This document shows, one piece after another, positions 21,228-29,930 of a DNA stretch of 64,000 nucleotides; position 1 is the first letter of the stretch; each line of letters starts with the position of its first letter. The position numbers were made by a program, and so were the translations under genes. The notes under the pieces were generated by a model. It was not told where the DNA came from. It saw nothing but the letters and a program-made list of their open reading frames with translations, and ran no database searches. The DNA is from Polyangiaceae bacterium (GTDB lineage: Bacteria; Myxococcota_A; Polyangia; Polyangiales; Polyangiaceae): NCBI GenBank assembly GCA_044376115.1, contig JBILLK010000023.1, positions 32,001 through 96,000 on the forward strand, given 5' to 3'.

Positions 21228-21773
21228 ATGCGTTTGTTCCGTTCTTCAGAGCAAAAACAGCCCGCAGCTGCGGCTTCCGGGCTAGCGCGTCCAAGCCGTC
21301 GGCAGTTCATCAAGATCGTCCCGCTCGTCGCCACCGGTTCACTCGTTGGCTGCAAAGCGTTGCTTGGTGAAGAGACGATCGAAGCTTTCATCGACGTTTT
21401 TCACTCCGCCTCCGGCAACTTCTCTGGCTTCACAGAATACGAGCTCGGGACGGAGGCAGGCCCAGATGACGGGGCAATCCTCAAGCGCGTGCTGTTGCGA
21501 GCGCCGGACGGCACGCCCAACCTCCGCTTTATCACCAGCCTATTTGGTGAAGCTGTAACTCCAACCGAACGCACTCCACTCGTGGAAGGTGGAGACTTCC
21601 CGGAGGACGACAACATGTCGGCCCTCGACGTGCTCTACGACGGCAACCTCCGACCATTTTTCCCGGACGGAAAGAAGATCCGCGTCGAGTGGTCTGGAAC
21701 GCTCGATGTTAACTACCCGTTTCCCCCGGAAGGGCTCCGAGTCGATGCGTTGATTGTGATTGAGGTTACCTAG
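21228..21773 (+). CDS. Putative Tat-exported lipoprotein
   Basis: SRRQFIK twin-arginine motif followed by LVGC lipobox; GAGGA RBS. Confidence 0.75.
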   Translation: MRLFRSSEQKQPAAAASGLARPSRRQFIKIVPLVATGSLVGCKALLGEETIEAFIDVFHSASGNFSGFTEYELGTEAGPDDGAILKRVLLRAPDGTPNLRFITSLFGEAVTPTERTPLVEGGDFPEDDNMSALDVLYDGNLRPFFPDGKKIRVEWSGTLDVNYPFPPEGLRVDALIVIEVT

Positions 21774-21794
21774 CGCTTCGGACCATGGAGGACT

Positions 21795-22886
21795 TCACTT
21801 GGGGCCGGCGACGTTGACGTCGGTCTTCTCCTGGTCCTTGTTGATTGAATAGCGGACCAACGCTCGGAGCACGTCGTTACGTTGGACATTGCCGAGAACG
21901 ATCTTCACGTCTTCGTAGATCGTTGGGTCCACCAACAAGCCGCCGATCGTCCCCTTCCCTTGCCGGACGTCAGCGACGATTGCGCGCACGTCTGTACTGA
22001 TTTCAGCGAGGTTCTTGAACACGGTCGCGCCGTCTCCGGTGCCACCGTAGAGGGCGTCTTTCGCGAGCCCGTTGCCCTCGCGAATCCCACGAAGCGTCGC
22101 TGAGACTTCAGCAGCAGCACCGGCGAACTCCGGTAGACCTTGCGGCTGACCGTAGAGCACGTCGTGGGCGAAGCCTGGGCCGGATTGCACGCGATACACC
22201 AACGTACGCACGTCACGAATCGCGCTCTCCGCTTCCTGGGTGGTCTTCTCGAGGCCCTTGATCACCCGCGAGATGCGCTCGGCTTCCTCTTCGTCGGTGA
22301 GGAACTTATGGGGGTAGCCTTTGCCGTGAGCCACCTCGTTGAGGATGTCGTTTACCGACGCGACCGAACCTTGAATGTCCTTGTGGAGCTTTTCATCCCC
22401 GAGCGGTCGCGTCGCTCGCTCGATGTTGTCCATCACGACTTCGGCTTTGTCAGCCATGGTGCCGATCTTCCCGAACATATCGCTCGGCGGATCGCTCTCG
22501 AGGTGGGTTCCGGCCTTGGCCGAGTCTCCGCTTCCCAACGAAAGCTCGACCAGCTTGTCACCAAGCAGGCCCTTGTTACCGATCTTTGCTCGCGAATCGA
22601 CCTTCACCCTGCCTGCATCTTTCGAGCGAACCCAGAACTTAACCTGCACGTTGGAGTCGGTCTTTGTATTGTCGTAGCCAACGCCAGAGACCTGCCCAAC
22701 ATCGATGCCGCCCATGCGAATGGGTGCACCCACTTTGAGGCCTTGCACGTCGGTGAAGCTGGTCGTGAACTCGACCGAGGGCGAAAAAAGGCTTCGCTCT
22801 TGGCCGATCAGAAACACCACCAGGCCAAACAGAGCGATCCCTGCCAGGACGAAAAGCCCAACTTTCAGATCCCGCGAACCAAGCAT
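21795..22886 (-). CDS. mlaD: MlaD/MCE-family protein
   Basis: KVGLFV TM, GLKVGAPIRMGGIDVGQV, GLLGDKLVEL, GKGTIGGLLVDP. Confidence 0.88.
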   Translation of the reverse strand: MLGSRDLKVGLFVLAGIALFGLVVFLIGQERSLFSPSVEFTTSFTDVQGLKVGAPIRMGGIDVGQVSGVGYDNTKTDSNVQVKFWVRSKDAGRVKVDSRAKIGNKGLLGDKLVELSLGSGDSAKAGTHLESDPPSDMFGKIGTMADKAEVVMDNIERATRPLGDEKLHKDIQGSVASVNDILNEVAHGKGYPHKFLTDEEEAERISRVIKGLEKTTQEAESAIRDVRTLVYRVQSGPGFAHDVLYGQPQGLPEFAGAAAEVSATLRGIREGNGLAKDALYGGTGDGATVFKNLAEISTDVRAIVADVRQGKGTIGGLLVDPTIYEDVKIVLGNVQRNDVLRALVRYSINKDQEKTDVNVAGPK

Positions 22887-22930
22887 GTGCGCTCGATACT
22901 AGCGCATGAAGCGCGCGAGGAAAGGTTTGC

Positions 22931-23746
22931 TCACGCTTTGAGTAGCGTCTCTACGTCTTCATTCACGGGTGCGATACCGTTGATGAAGTCGTGGACGCGC
23001 GGGTCCCGGCTCTCCTGAAACTGACTCGGCGTTCCACAGAGCACGATTGCGCCAGAGTGGACCATTGCCATTCGATCCGAGACCGAAAACGCGCTCTTCA
23101 TATCGTGCGTAACTACGATGCTCGTCACGTCAATCGACGACTTCAGCCCCTTGATCAGATGGTTGATGCGCTCGGTGTTGATCGGGTCGAGCCCGGTCGT
23201 CGGTTCGTCGTAAAGGAGCACTTCGGGTTGAATTGCGATCGCCCGCGCAAGGCCGACACGCTTCTTCATGCCGCCTGAAAGGTCCGCGGGACGCATCCCC
23301 TCGATGCCTGGTAGCCCCACCAGGGACAACGCCCAGTCGACTCGCTCAGCCATCTCTTTGGGCGACATGGTGTCGCGATAGTGCTCGTTCAAACCGTAGG
23401 CGACGTTCTCCCCGACCGAGATCGAATCGAACAGAGCTGCACCCTGAAACAGCATCGCGATGCGGCGTCGCACGTTCGCAACGTCGCGCTCCTTCATCTT
23501 GGTCACGTCTTTCCCGTGGAACGTCACCTCGCCTGCATCAACCTCAAGCAGCCGAATCAGCAGCTTCAGCATGACGCTCTTTCCGACGCCGGAGCCTCCC
23601 ATGATGGTCAGCGTCTCACCGGGGTACACCTCGAGGCAGAGATCCCTATAGATGACCTTCGGCCCGAACGCCTTCTTGACGTGGTTGAAGCGAATCATCG
23701 GCTGCCCAGGAACAGGCGCCGTTCTTTCGCTACGGAAGGCGCTCAC
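22931..23746 (-). CDS. mlaF: MlaF-type ABC transporter ATP-binding protein
   Basis: GGSGVGKS, FQGAALFDS, LSGGMKKRVGLARA, YDEPTTGLDP, VTHD. Confidence 0.9.
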   Translation of the reverse strand: MSAFRSERTAPVPGQPMIRFNHVKKAFGPKVIYRDLCLEVYPGETLTIMGGSGVGKSVMLKLLIRLLEVDAGEVTFHGKDVTKMKERDVANVRRRIAMLFQGAALFDSISVGENVAYGLNEHYRDTMSPKEMAERVDWALSLVGLPGIEGMRPADLSGGMKKRVGLARAIAIQPEVLLYDEPTTGLDPINTERINHLIKGLKSSIDVTSIVVTHDMKSAFSVSDRMAMVHSGAIVLCGTPSQFQESRDPRVHDFINGIAPVNEDVETLLKA

Positions 23747-25461
23747 ATTCGCTCCGGGAGGTCTGGGAAAGCGCGTTGAATGTGGATCTCTACGCCGCCA
23801 GCATAGGTATTGCGCCGAATGACGCCGGCAAATGCAAACGACTGCCCCACGACCTGCTCGGCATGGTGGCCCCGACCAAAGTACACAGCGGAGAAGCCAG
23901 TCCCGCCGTAAACGAGTTCGAGCTTCAAGTGGCCCTTCAAGTTGCGAGCGGACCGGACCAGCGTGCCCTCGAGCAATAAGCGCGGCGCCGGATTGCCCTC
24001 TCCAAACGGCTCGAGCCGCTCAAGATCGACCAGTACATCCGCCAAATCATCACGCGGGTCCAGACGCACGTTGACGGCCCCTCGCGTGGGCCGAACTTGC
24101 CCGGCCAAGGCTTCACAGGCGCTCGCAAAGCTGCGCTCAAAGTCCGCGAGCTTTGCCTCGGTGACGTGAACTCCGGCCGCAGCCTGATGACCACCGAAGC
24201 CTGCCAAATCTCCGGCGCACATCACGAGCGCATCGTGGAGCGGAAAGCCCGCCGGACCACGCACCGAGCCGCGCCCTGTCTCGCCCTCGAGGCCAATCAC
24301 CACAGTGGGTAGCTGGGTAGCCTCCGCGATCTTACCCGCGACAATGCCAACCACACCCGGGTGCCACCCTTGACGAGCCAGCACCAACCCGGCCTTCGAC
24401 CGAAGCCCGCGTTCTGCGATCTCGGCAAGCGCCTCCGTCAGCATTTCCTCCTGCACGGCGCGACGACGCAACTGAGTCTGCTCCACGAGCGAAGCCAGCC
24501 CCATCGCAGTGGTCCGATCCTCTGTGAGCAACAGCTCCAGCGCGTCGTCTGGGTTCCCCAACCTGCCGGGTGCATTCAAGCGAGGAGCGATGCGAAACGC
24601 GATGTCCTCACTCGTAACGGTGCGCGACAAATCGATCTTTGCGAGGTCGGCGAGAGCCCGAATGCCGGGCCTCCCTCCTCGAGAAAGGACACGCAGCCCC
24701 GCGTGCACGAGCGCGCGATTGTCACTCGTCAGGGGCGCGACATCAGCGACGGTTCCGATCGCCACGAGATCGAGATAGCGGCGCAAATCTAGCTCTTTCC
24801 CAAGAGCTTGCCGCAAGCCTGCCGCGAGGGTGAGCGCCAAGCCACAGCTCGCAAGGTACTTGAACGGGAAGCTGCACTCTGGCCGGTGTGGGTTGAGAAA
24901 CGCGAACGACGGCAGCTTCTCCTTCGGCACGAGGTGATGGTCAATCACGACCGTGTCCACGTTTCGCTCGTTGAGAAACGCAATCCGCTCGTGATCACTG
25001 GAGCCGCAGTCGCAGGTGATCAGAAGACTCGGCGACGCGGTCAGAATGCGACTCACAGCCTTCGCCGAAAGGCCGTAGGCCCCTTCCGTCCGAGTGGCCA
25101 GAAAGGGCGTTACATCGCCCCCCAACGCGCGCAGGACCTGCGTGAGAATGGCGGTGGAGGTGATGCCGTCACAATCGTAGTCGCCAAAGACGGCGATGCG
25201 CTCACCCCGCCGGACTGCGCTTGCGATGCGCTCGACAGCGAGCGCTCGATCCGCCATCTCATGCGGTGGCGTGAGATGCGATAGCTTCGGGTCGAGCCAA
25301 CGAAGCAGCTTGTCGTCTTCGAGCGTCGGGTCTCGAGCCGCCACGGCGGCCAGTGCCGCCGCGCTCGTGAAGGTTAGGCGATGCGTCTCCCGCAGACGCC
25401 CCACAAGCTCCGGGTTGGCCTCGAAGACCTCCAACTCGGAGCCGAACACCGCCAAACCCAC
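23743..25461 (-). CDS. recJ: Single-stranded-DNA exonuclease RecJ
   Basis: GDYDCDG, DHH, GTVADV, PRLNAPGRL, HPGVVGIVA, GGHQAAAG. Confidence 0.93.
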   Translation of the reverse strand: MGLAVFGSELEVFEANPELVGRLRETHRLTFTSAAALAAVAARDPTLEDDKLLRWLDPKLSHLTPPHEMADRALAVERIASAVRRGERIAVFGDYDCDGITSTAILTQVLRALGGDVTPFLATRTEGAYGLSAKAVSRILTASPSLLITCDCGSSDHERIAFLNERNVDTVVIDHHLVPKEKLPSFAFLNPHRPECSFPFKYLASCGLALTLAAGLRQALGKELDLRRYLDLVAIGTVADVAPLTSDNRALVHAGLRVLSRGGRPGIRALADLAKIDLSRTVTSEDIAFRIAPRLNAPGRLGNPDDALELLLTEDRTTAMGLASLVEQTQLRRRAVQEEMLTEALAEIAERGLRSKAGLVLARQGWHPGVVGIVAGKIAEATQLPTVVIGLEGETGRGSVRGPAGFPLHDALVMCAGDLAGFGGHQAAAGVHVTEAKLADFERSFASACEALAGQVRPTRGAVNVRLDPRDDLADVLVDLERLEPFGEGNPAPRLLLEGTLVRSARNLKGHLKLELVYGGTGFSAVYFGRGHHAEQVVGQSFAFAGVIRRNTYAGGVEIHIQRAFPDLPERM

Positions 25462-25496
25462 TGGAGCTAACGATTCAGCGTAAATAACCGTCTCCG

Positions 25497-26843
25497 CTAA
25501 ACTACAGCCGCCGCGCGCTTGGCTCCACGTGTACGAGAGGGCTTGGCCTTCACAGGGCTGCTGCTCGCAAAGAACTTTCGATCAACCCACTCGGTGAACG
25601 GAGCAGCAATGTAGATCGACGAGTAGGTTCCAACTCCGATACCGACGAGCAGCACGAAGGCGAAGTCCTTGAGCACCTGCGTGCCGAAGAACAAGAACAT
25701 CAGCATCGAGGCCGCGGCCGTGGCGCTGGTGATCAGCGTTCGGCCGAACATTTCCGAAACGGAGAGATTGACGATCTCGCCGAAGCTCATACCGCGGTGC
25801 TTCGCCAGGTTCTCTCGCACACGATCGAACACCACCACCGTGTCGGTGAGGGAGTAACCAAGCACCGTCAGAATCGCCGCAACGGTCGAAAGCGTGACCT
25901 CCTTTTGGAGGACGCACATCGCCCCGAACGCAATCGCCACATCGTGAATCAAGGCGACGACCGCGCCCGGTGCAAAGCGCAAATCGAAGCGCAAGGCGAT
26001 GTACGCCATGATGAAGAACAGCGCGATGAGCACGCTCTTGAGCGCGGCGTCACGAAGCTGCTCCCCCGCCTTCGGACCAATCCATTCGATACGCAAAGGC
26101 TCGGCCGGCACGGCTGCGACAAGCTGCTGGCCGTTCGATTGCGCGGCTTTCTCGAGTTTGGTGAAGTGCTCACGCACGCCCTCCATTAGCTGCGTTCCGC
26201 GCGACTTTAGCTCGATCTCGACCTTGCGGTCACGCTCGCTGACAAGCACGACGGCCTTGGAGCCTTCCGCAACCGTGATGCCTTTGACCGTCGCGATATG
26301 GGCGCGCAGTAGGCCCATCAGCCGATCGACCTCAGCCTGGCGCGGAGTCTTACCCGTTGCGTCCGGCGTCACGTCAAAGCCATCAAGCTTCCAGTCGTAG
26401 CGCAGCGTGATCTTGTCGCCCCCAGGGCTGAACTTGATCTCGCTCGGCGAAAGCTCCTCGGTGCAGCCAGCGGGCTTGCTCTCGGAGACGCATAGACCAG
26501 CTGAAATGTTCTGCTGCTCAGCTTCCGAGATGGCGCTGACTTCCTGAACCCGGATCAAATACTGATTCGGCTTGTTGGGAACAGCGATGATCTCGGGAGC
26601 CTCGAACTGAACCGATCCGTCGTTGCCACGGATGTCTTCAACAGCCTTGCGAACGTCCTCAGCGGCCACATCGCGTTGAAACGCGATCTCGACCTCGGTG
26701 CCGCCTCGAAAGTCGGTGCCCCACTTGGGCCCGGGCTTGAAGAAGGTGATCACCGAGGCGGTGAGCAGGATGACCGACACCACGAGGAGGTGCCGCCTGT
26801 ACTTCATGAAGTCGTAAAGCTTGCCTGGTTTGATGATGTACAT
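25497..26843 (-). CDS. secF: Protein translocase subunit SecF
   Basis: GTDFRGGT, IHDV, GYSLTDTVVVFDRVRE, GTYSSIYIA. Confidence 0.95.
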   Translation of the reverse strand: MYIIKPGKLYDFMKYRRHLLVVSVILLTASVITFFKPGPKWGTDFRGGTEVEIAFQRDVAAEDVRKAVEDIRGNDGSVQFEAPEIIAVPNKPNQYLIRVQEVSAISEAEQQNISAGLCVSESKPAGCTEELSPSEIKFSPGGDKITLRYDWKLDGFDVTPDATGKTPRQAEVDRLMGLLRAHIATVKGITVAEGSKAVVLVSERDRKVEIELKSRGTQLMEGVREHFTKLEKAAQSNGQQLVAAVPAEPLRIEWIGPKAGEQLRDAALKSVLIALFFIMAYIALRFDLRFAPGAVVALIHDVAIAFGAMCVLQKEVTLSTVAAILTVLGYSLTDTVVVFDRVRENLAKHRGMSFGEIVNLSVSEMFGRTLITSATAAASMLMFLFFGTQVLKDFAFVLLVGIGVGTYSSIYIAAPFTEWVDRKFFASSSPVKAKPSRTRGAKRAAAVV

Positions 26844-26850
26844 GACGCCC

Positions 26851-29007
26851 TCAGCCGAGACTCAAGACCTTGGCTTTTCGCCAGCGGACAACCCAGTCGA
26901 ACACGAGGCGCGTGCAGACGACGCCGGTGAACATGCTCACGATCATGCCGATGATGAGCGTGACGGCGAAACCCTTGATCGGCCCGGAGCCGTAGGTCGC
27001 CAAAATTACGCCCGCGATGAAGGTCGTGACGTGGCCGTCGACGATGGCGGAGAAAGCCCTGTCGTAACCGATGTCGACAGCCTGTCGAGGACTCTTCCCC
27101 GCTCGCAGCTCGTCACGGATGCGTTCGTTGATCAGTACGTTTGCGTCGACCGCGATACCGATCGTCAACGCCAACCCGGCGATACCGGGCAACGTCATTG
27201 AGGCGCCGAGCATGGCCAACGTAGCGACCTGCAGCACCATGTTGAAGAGCACGGCGACGATCGCGACGAATCCGGCGCGCGCGTAAACCACCAACATCAC
27301 GATGAACACGAGCACCGCGCCGAGCGCGCCGCCCTTGAGACCTTGGAGAATCGCGTCGGTACCGAGCGAAGGACCAATCTGCTGCTCGCCCTTGTAAACG
27401 ATGGGAGCCGGAAGAGCTCCGGACTTGAGCACCAGTTCGAGGTTGCCAGCGGCCTTGTGTTGCTCCTCAATCGAGCCGCTACCCATCGTGATGGTGGCTC
27501 CTCCGCCTGCGATCTTCTGGTTGATGACCGGCGCGCTTTCCACCTTTTCATCGAGCAAGATGGCGAAGCGGCGCTTGATGTTGTCACCGGTCACACGCTC
27601 GAACTGGTCTGCGCCACGAGGAGAGAACTCGAGAGCAACCAACCACCCACCGAGCCCGCCTGCGCGCTGCTCACGCTCGCGCTTGGCAGCTCGGATCATG
27701 TCGCCCGTGACGTCCGCGCGTGAGAACAGGTAGTAGGCTCGCCAGTAGACGTCCTCTTTACCGTCCCCGAGCGGCCGGCTTTCGCGCTCGAAGGCGATCT
27801 GGTGTGTGTCCGGAACGACCATGGCCTTCTCCGCCCAAGCCTTGAAGCGCTTGTAGGTGTCGTTGATCGGCTCGCCCTCCCGCGGGCGCATGATCGGATA
27901 CGGACGCGACTCAGTCTTTCCAGGTCCGAGCGGAGCATTCTCGATCGACCACTCGACGCCTGCCTCCGCGCACGACGGACAATCCTTCTGGAGGTCGGCG
28001 AAGCCGTTGGCTCCATCGTCCACCATCTTGAAGTCGAGGCGAGCGGTTTGGCTGACGAGCGCCTTGATTTCCTCGAACTGACGACGGTCCTCACCAGGCA
28101 CCTCGACCACGATGTCTTCCTCGCGGATCGATACGGCAGCTTCTTTGAGACCGAGGCTGTCGACGCGGCGCAGGATCTTGTCCTTGGCTTGGTTGACCGC
28201 GCTCTTGCGCTCCGACTCTGCAACCTCTTTCTTGATGTTGAAGCTGATCTTGCGCTTGTCAGCTGTGTCACGGACAACCGAGAGTTCCTCGGCGAACCGC
28301 ACCATCAGCTGATCATTGATCACGGCCGCGTCTTCTTCGCTGGTGAAGACCACGTTGATCTTCGACACGTCGGCGCGGGGCTTCTCGAACTTGGCTCGCG
28401 CGCTCAGCGCGTCATTCTGGGCTTGGGTCGCGAGGAAGCCATCTTCAGCGATCAGCTCCCACTTCCGCGCGACGGCCGTCTTCAGATCGTCGTAGTAGCG
28501 ATCGCGCTTGTCGCGAATTGCCTCTTGAACGTCAACCGTATACTCGACGCGAAAGCCGCCCTTGAGATCGAGACCGCGCACCAGGCGAAACGGCACGTTC
28601 GCGCGAATGAAGCGCCCGAAGCCGTCGTGACCAGCACGCCCCTCGGCGTCATACGCGGCTTGGGCTTCACTGCTCGCGTTCGGATCGTAGTCGGGCCGCG
28701 CAAAGCGTTCGTCGATGTACGTCGGGTAGAGCGCCAGGCCCGAGGCTAGGCCCAAGAAGATGCAGAACCCGACCTTGGCTCGCCAAGCGGCGTCCACGAA
28801 GTGGGTGGCTACGAATAGGGCCCACGGAATCACCATGGCCGCAAGCGCGAGCACCAGGAAAGCCTCGTACTTGGCGGCAACACCGGCAGCCGCAGCTGCC
28901 AATGCAGCCGTTCCAAGCGACCCTCGCTTGCTCTTCACACCGAGCGTGGCCAGCGCAAGAACGAGCGCGAATCCACCGAAACCGTACGCAAGATATGTGT
29001 AGACCAC
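26851..29007 (-). CDS. secD: Protein translocase subunit SecD
   Basis: GLDLKGG, LKSGALPAP, IGPSLG, AVDANVLINERIRDE, GPIKGFAVTL. Confidence 0.95.
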   Translation of the reverse strand: MVYTYLAYGFGGFALVLALATLGVKSKRGSLGTAALAAAAAGVAAKYEAFLVLALAAMVIPWALFVATHFVDAAWRAKVGFCIFLGLASGLALYPTYIDERFARPDYDPNASSEAQAAYDAEGRAGHDGFGRFIRANVPFRLVRGLDLKGGFRVEYTVDVQEAIRDKRDRYYDDLKTAVARKWELIAEDGFLATQAQNDALSARAKFEKPRADVSKINVVFTSEEDAAVINDQLMVRFAEELSVVRDTADKRKISFNIKKEVAESERKSAVNQAKDKILRRVDSLGLKEAAVSIREEDIVVEVPGEDRRQFEEIKALVSQTARLDFKMVDDGANGFADLQKDCPSCAEAGVEWSIENAPLGPGKTESRPYPIMRPREGEPINDTYKRFKAWAEKAMVVPDTHQIAFERESRPLGDGKEDVYWRAYYLFSRADVTGDMIRAAKREREQRAGGLGGWLVALEFSPRGADQFERVTGDNIKRRFAILLDEKVESAPVINQKIAGGGATITMGSGSIEEQHKAAGNLELVLKSGALPAPIVYKGEQQIGPSLGTDAILQGLKGGALGAVLVFIVMLVVYARAGFVAIVAVLFNMVLQVATLAMLGASMTLPGIAGLALTIGIAVDANVLINERIRDELRAGKSPRQAVDIGYDRAFSAIVDGHVTTFIAGVILATYGSGPIKGFAVTLIIGMIVSMFTGVVCTRLVFDWVVRWRKAKVLSLG

Positions 29008-29009
29008 GG

Positions 29010-29453
29010 CTAGCCCTTGCTCGCCTTCTTCGACTTATCGTCGTCGCTTGAATCCTTGGAGTCCTTGGAGTCTTTCGAGTCCTTGGAGTCTTTCGAGTCT
29101 TTCGCCTTGGCGTCTTTGGGATCAACCTCAATGCCGTCGATAGCGTCTCGACGGAAGGTCACGTTGACACCGGGAGCGAGTTCTATTTCGGCGTAGCGCT
29201 CGGTGAGTTTGATCACCTTACCTACCGCCCCGCCTCGGGTGGCCACACGAAGGCCGACCTTCAAACCGGCCTCCATCTCCTTCTGTTTCTTGTTCTGTCC
29301 ACGCATGAGGAACAGCACGAGAACGATGGGTAGAAGGAAGGGCAGGAGCCCCATGAGCCCTCCGCCCATTCCGCCACCTGCAGGCGGAGCACCGGGGGAT
29401 TCGGGAGGCGCGGCGTCGGGCGTCGACGGCTGCGATAGAAAAAGGCTGATCAT
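29010..29453 (-). CDS. yajC: Preprotein translocase subunit YajC with (DSK)n tail
   Basis: TM then RGQNKKQKE, LKVG.RV.TRGG; first gene of yajC-secD-secF. Confidence 0.88.
   Translation of the reverse strand: MISLFLSQPSTPDAAPPESPGAPPAGGGMGGGLMGLLPFLLPIVLVLFLMRGQNKKQKEMEAGLKVGLRVATRGGAVGKVIKLTERYAEIELAPGVNVTFRRDAIDGIEVDPKDAKAKDSKDSKDSKDSKDSKDSSDDDKSKKASKG
29052..29102 (-). repeat. 9-bp tandem coding repeat (KDS) in the yajC tail
   Basis: KDSKDSKDSKDSKDS. Confidence 0.75.
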
Positions 29454-29596
29454 GATGGTCCTGGGGGGCGCGGGCGCTGCGAGCCGGTTGCAGCTCGTGC
29501 TCCCGCTCGGGCACTCAGGCCGAAGGTCGGGAGTGCTTAATCAGTTTCAAGAGAGCAGGCAACGTCCATCGACTCCGCAAAGTCACACGGTGTCGC

Positions 29597-29625
29597 TTGA
29601 CAACCGTCAGGCGGGCGTTTAACGT
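29597..29625 (+). promoter_or_regulatory. Sigma70 promoter for tRNA-Val(GAC)
   Basis: TTGACA-17 nt-TAACGT followed by GC-rich discriminator CCGCCCCGC. Confidence 0.75.
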
Positions 29626-29669
29626 CCGCCCCGCTTCGCACCTCCGGGTGATGAAGCGCACGTTGACCC

Positions 29670-29741
<72 letters not shown>

Positions 29742-29760
29742 CAAATTGACGTAACGAAGA

Positions 29761-29792
29761 ACGGCGGGCTTCCCCGCCGTCTTGCTTTTGTT
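29761..29792 (+). terminator. Intrinsic terminator after tRNA-Val
   Basis: ACGGCGGG-cttc-CCCGCCGT followed by CTTGCTTTTGTT. Confidence 0.7.
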
Positions 29793-29930
29793 CTCCTTCG
29801 ATTGTCGTCTCGGTTTGTCCCTGTGGACGGGCTTCAGCCCCAACAGGGGGTCGCGCTTGAGACTTTCGCGGGGGAGCTACTAAGGCTAGATGAGGGAGCC
29901 CGCGGCTACCCGGCAACGGCTGAAACCAAA

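Noticed and set aside
29793..29930. T-box or other riboswitch in the thrS leader
   Set aside because: No T-box consensus or recognisable aptamer; the region is short
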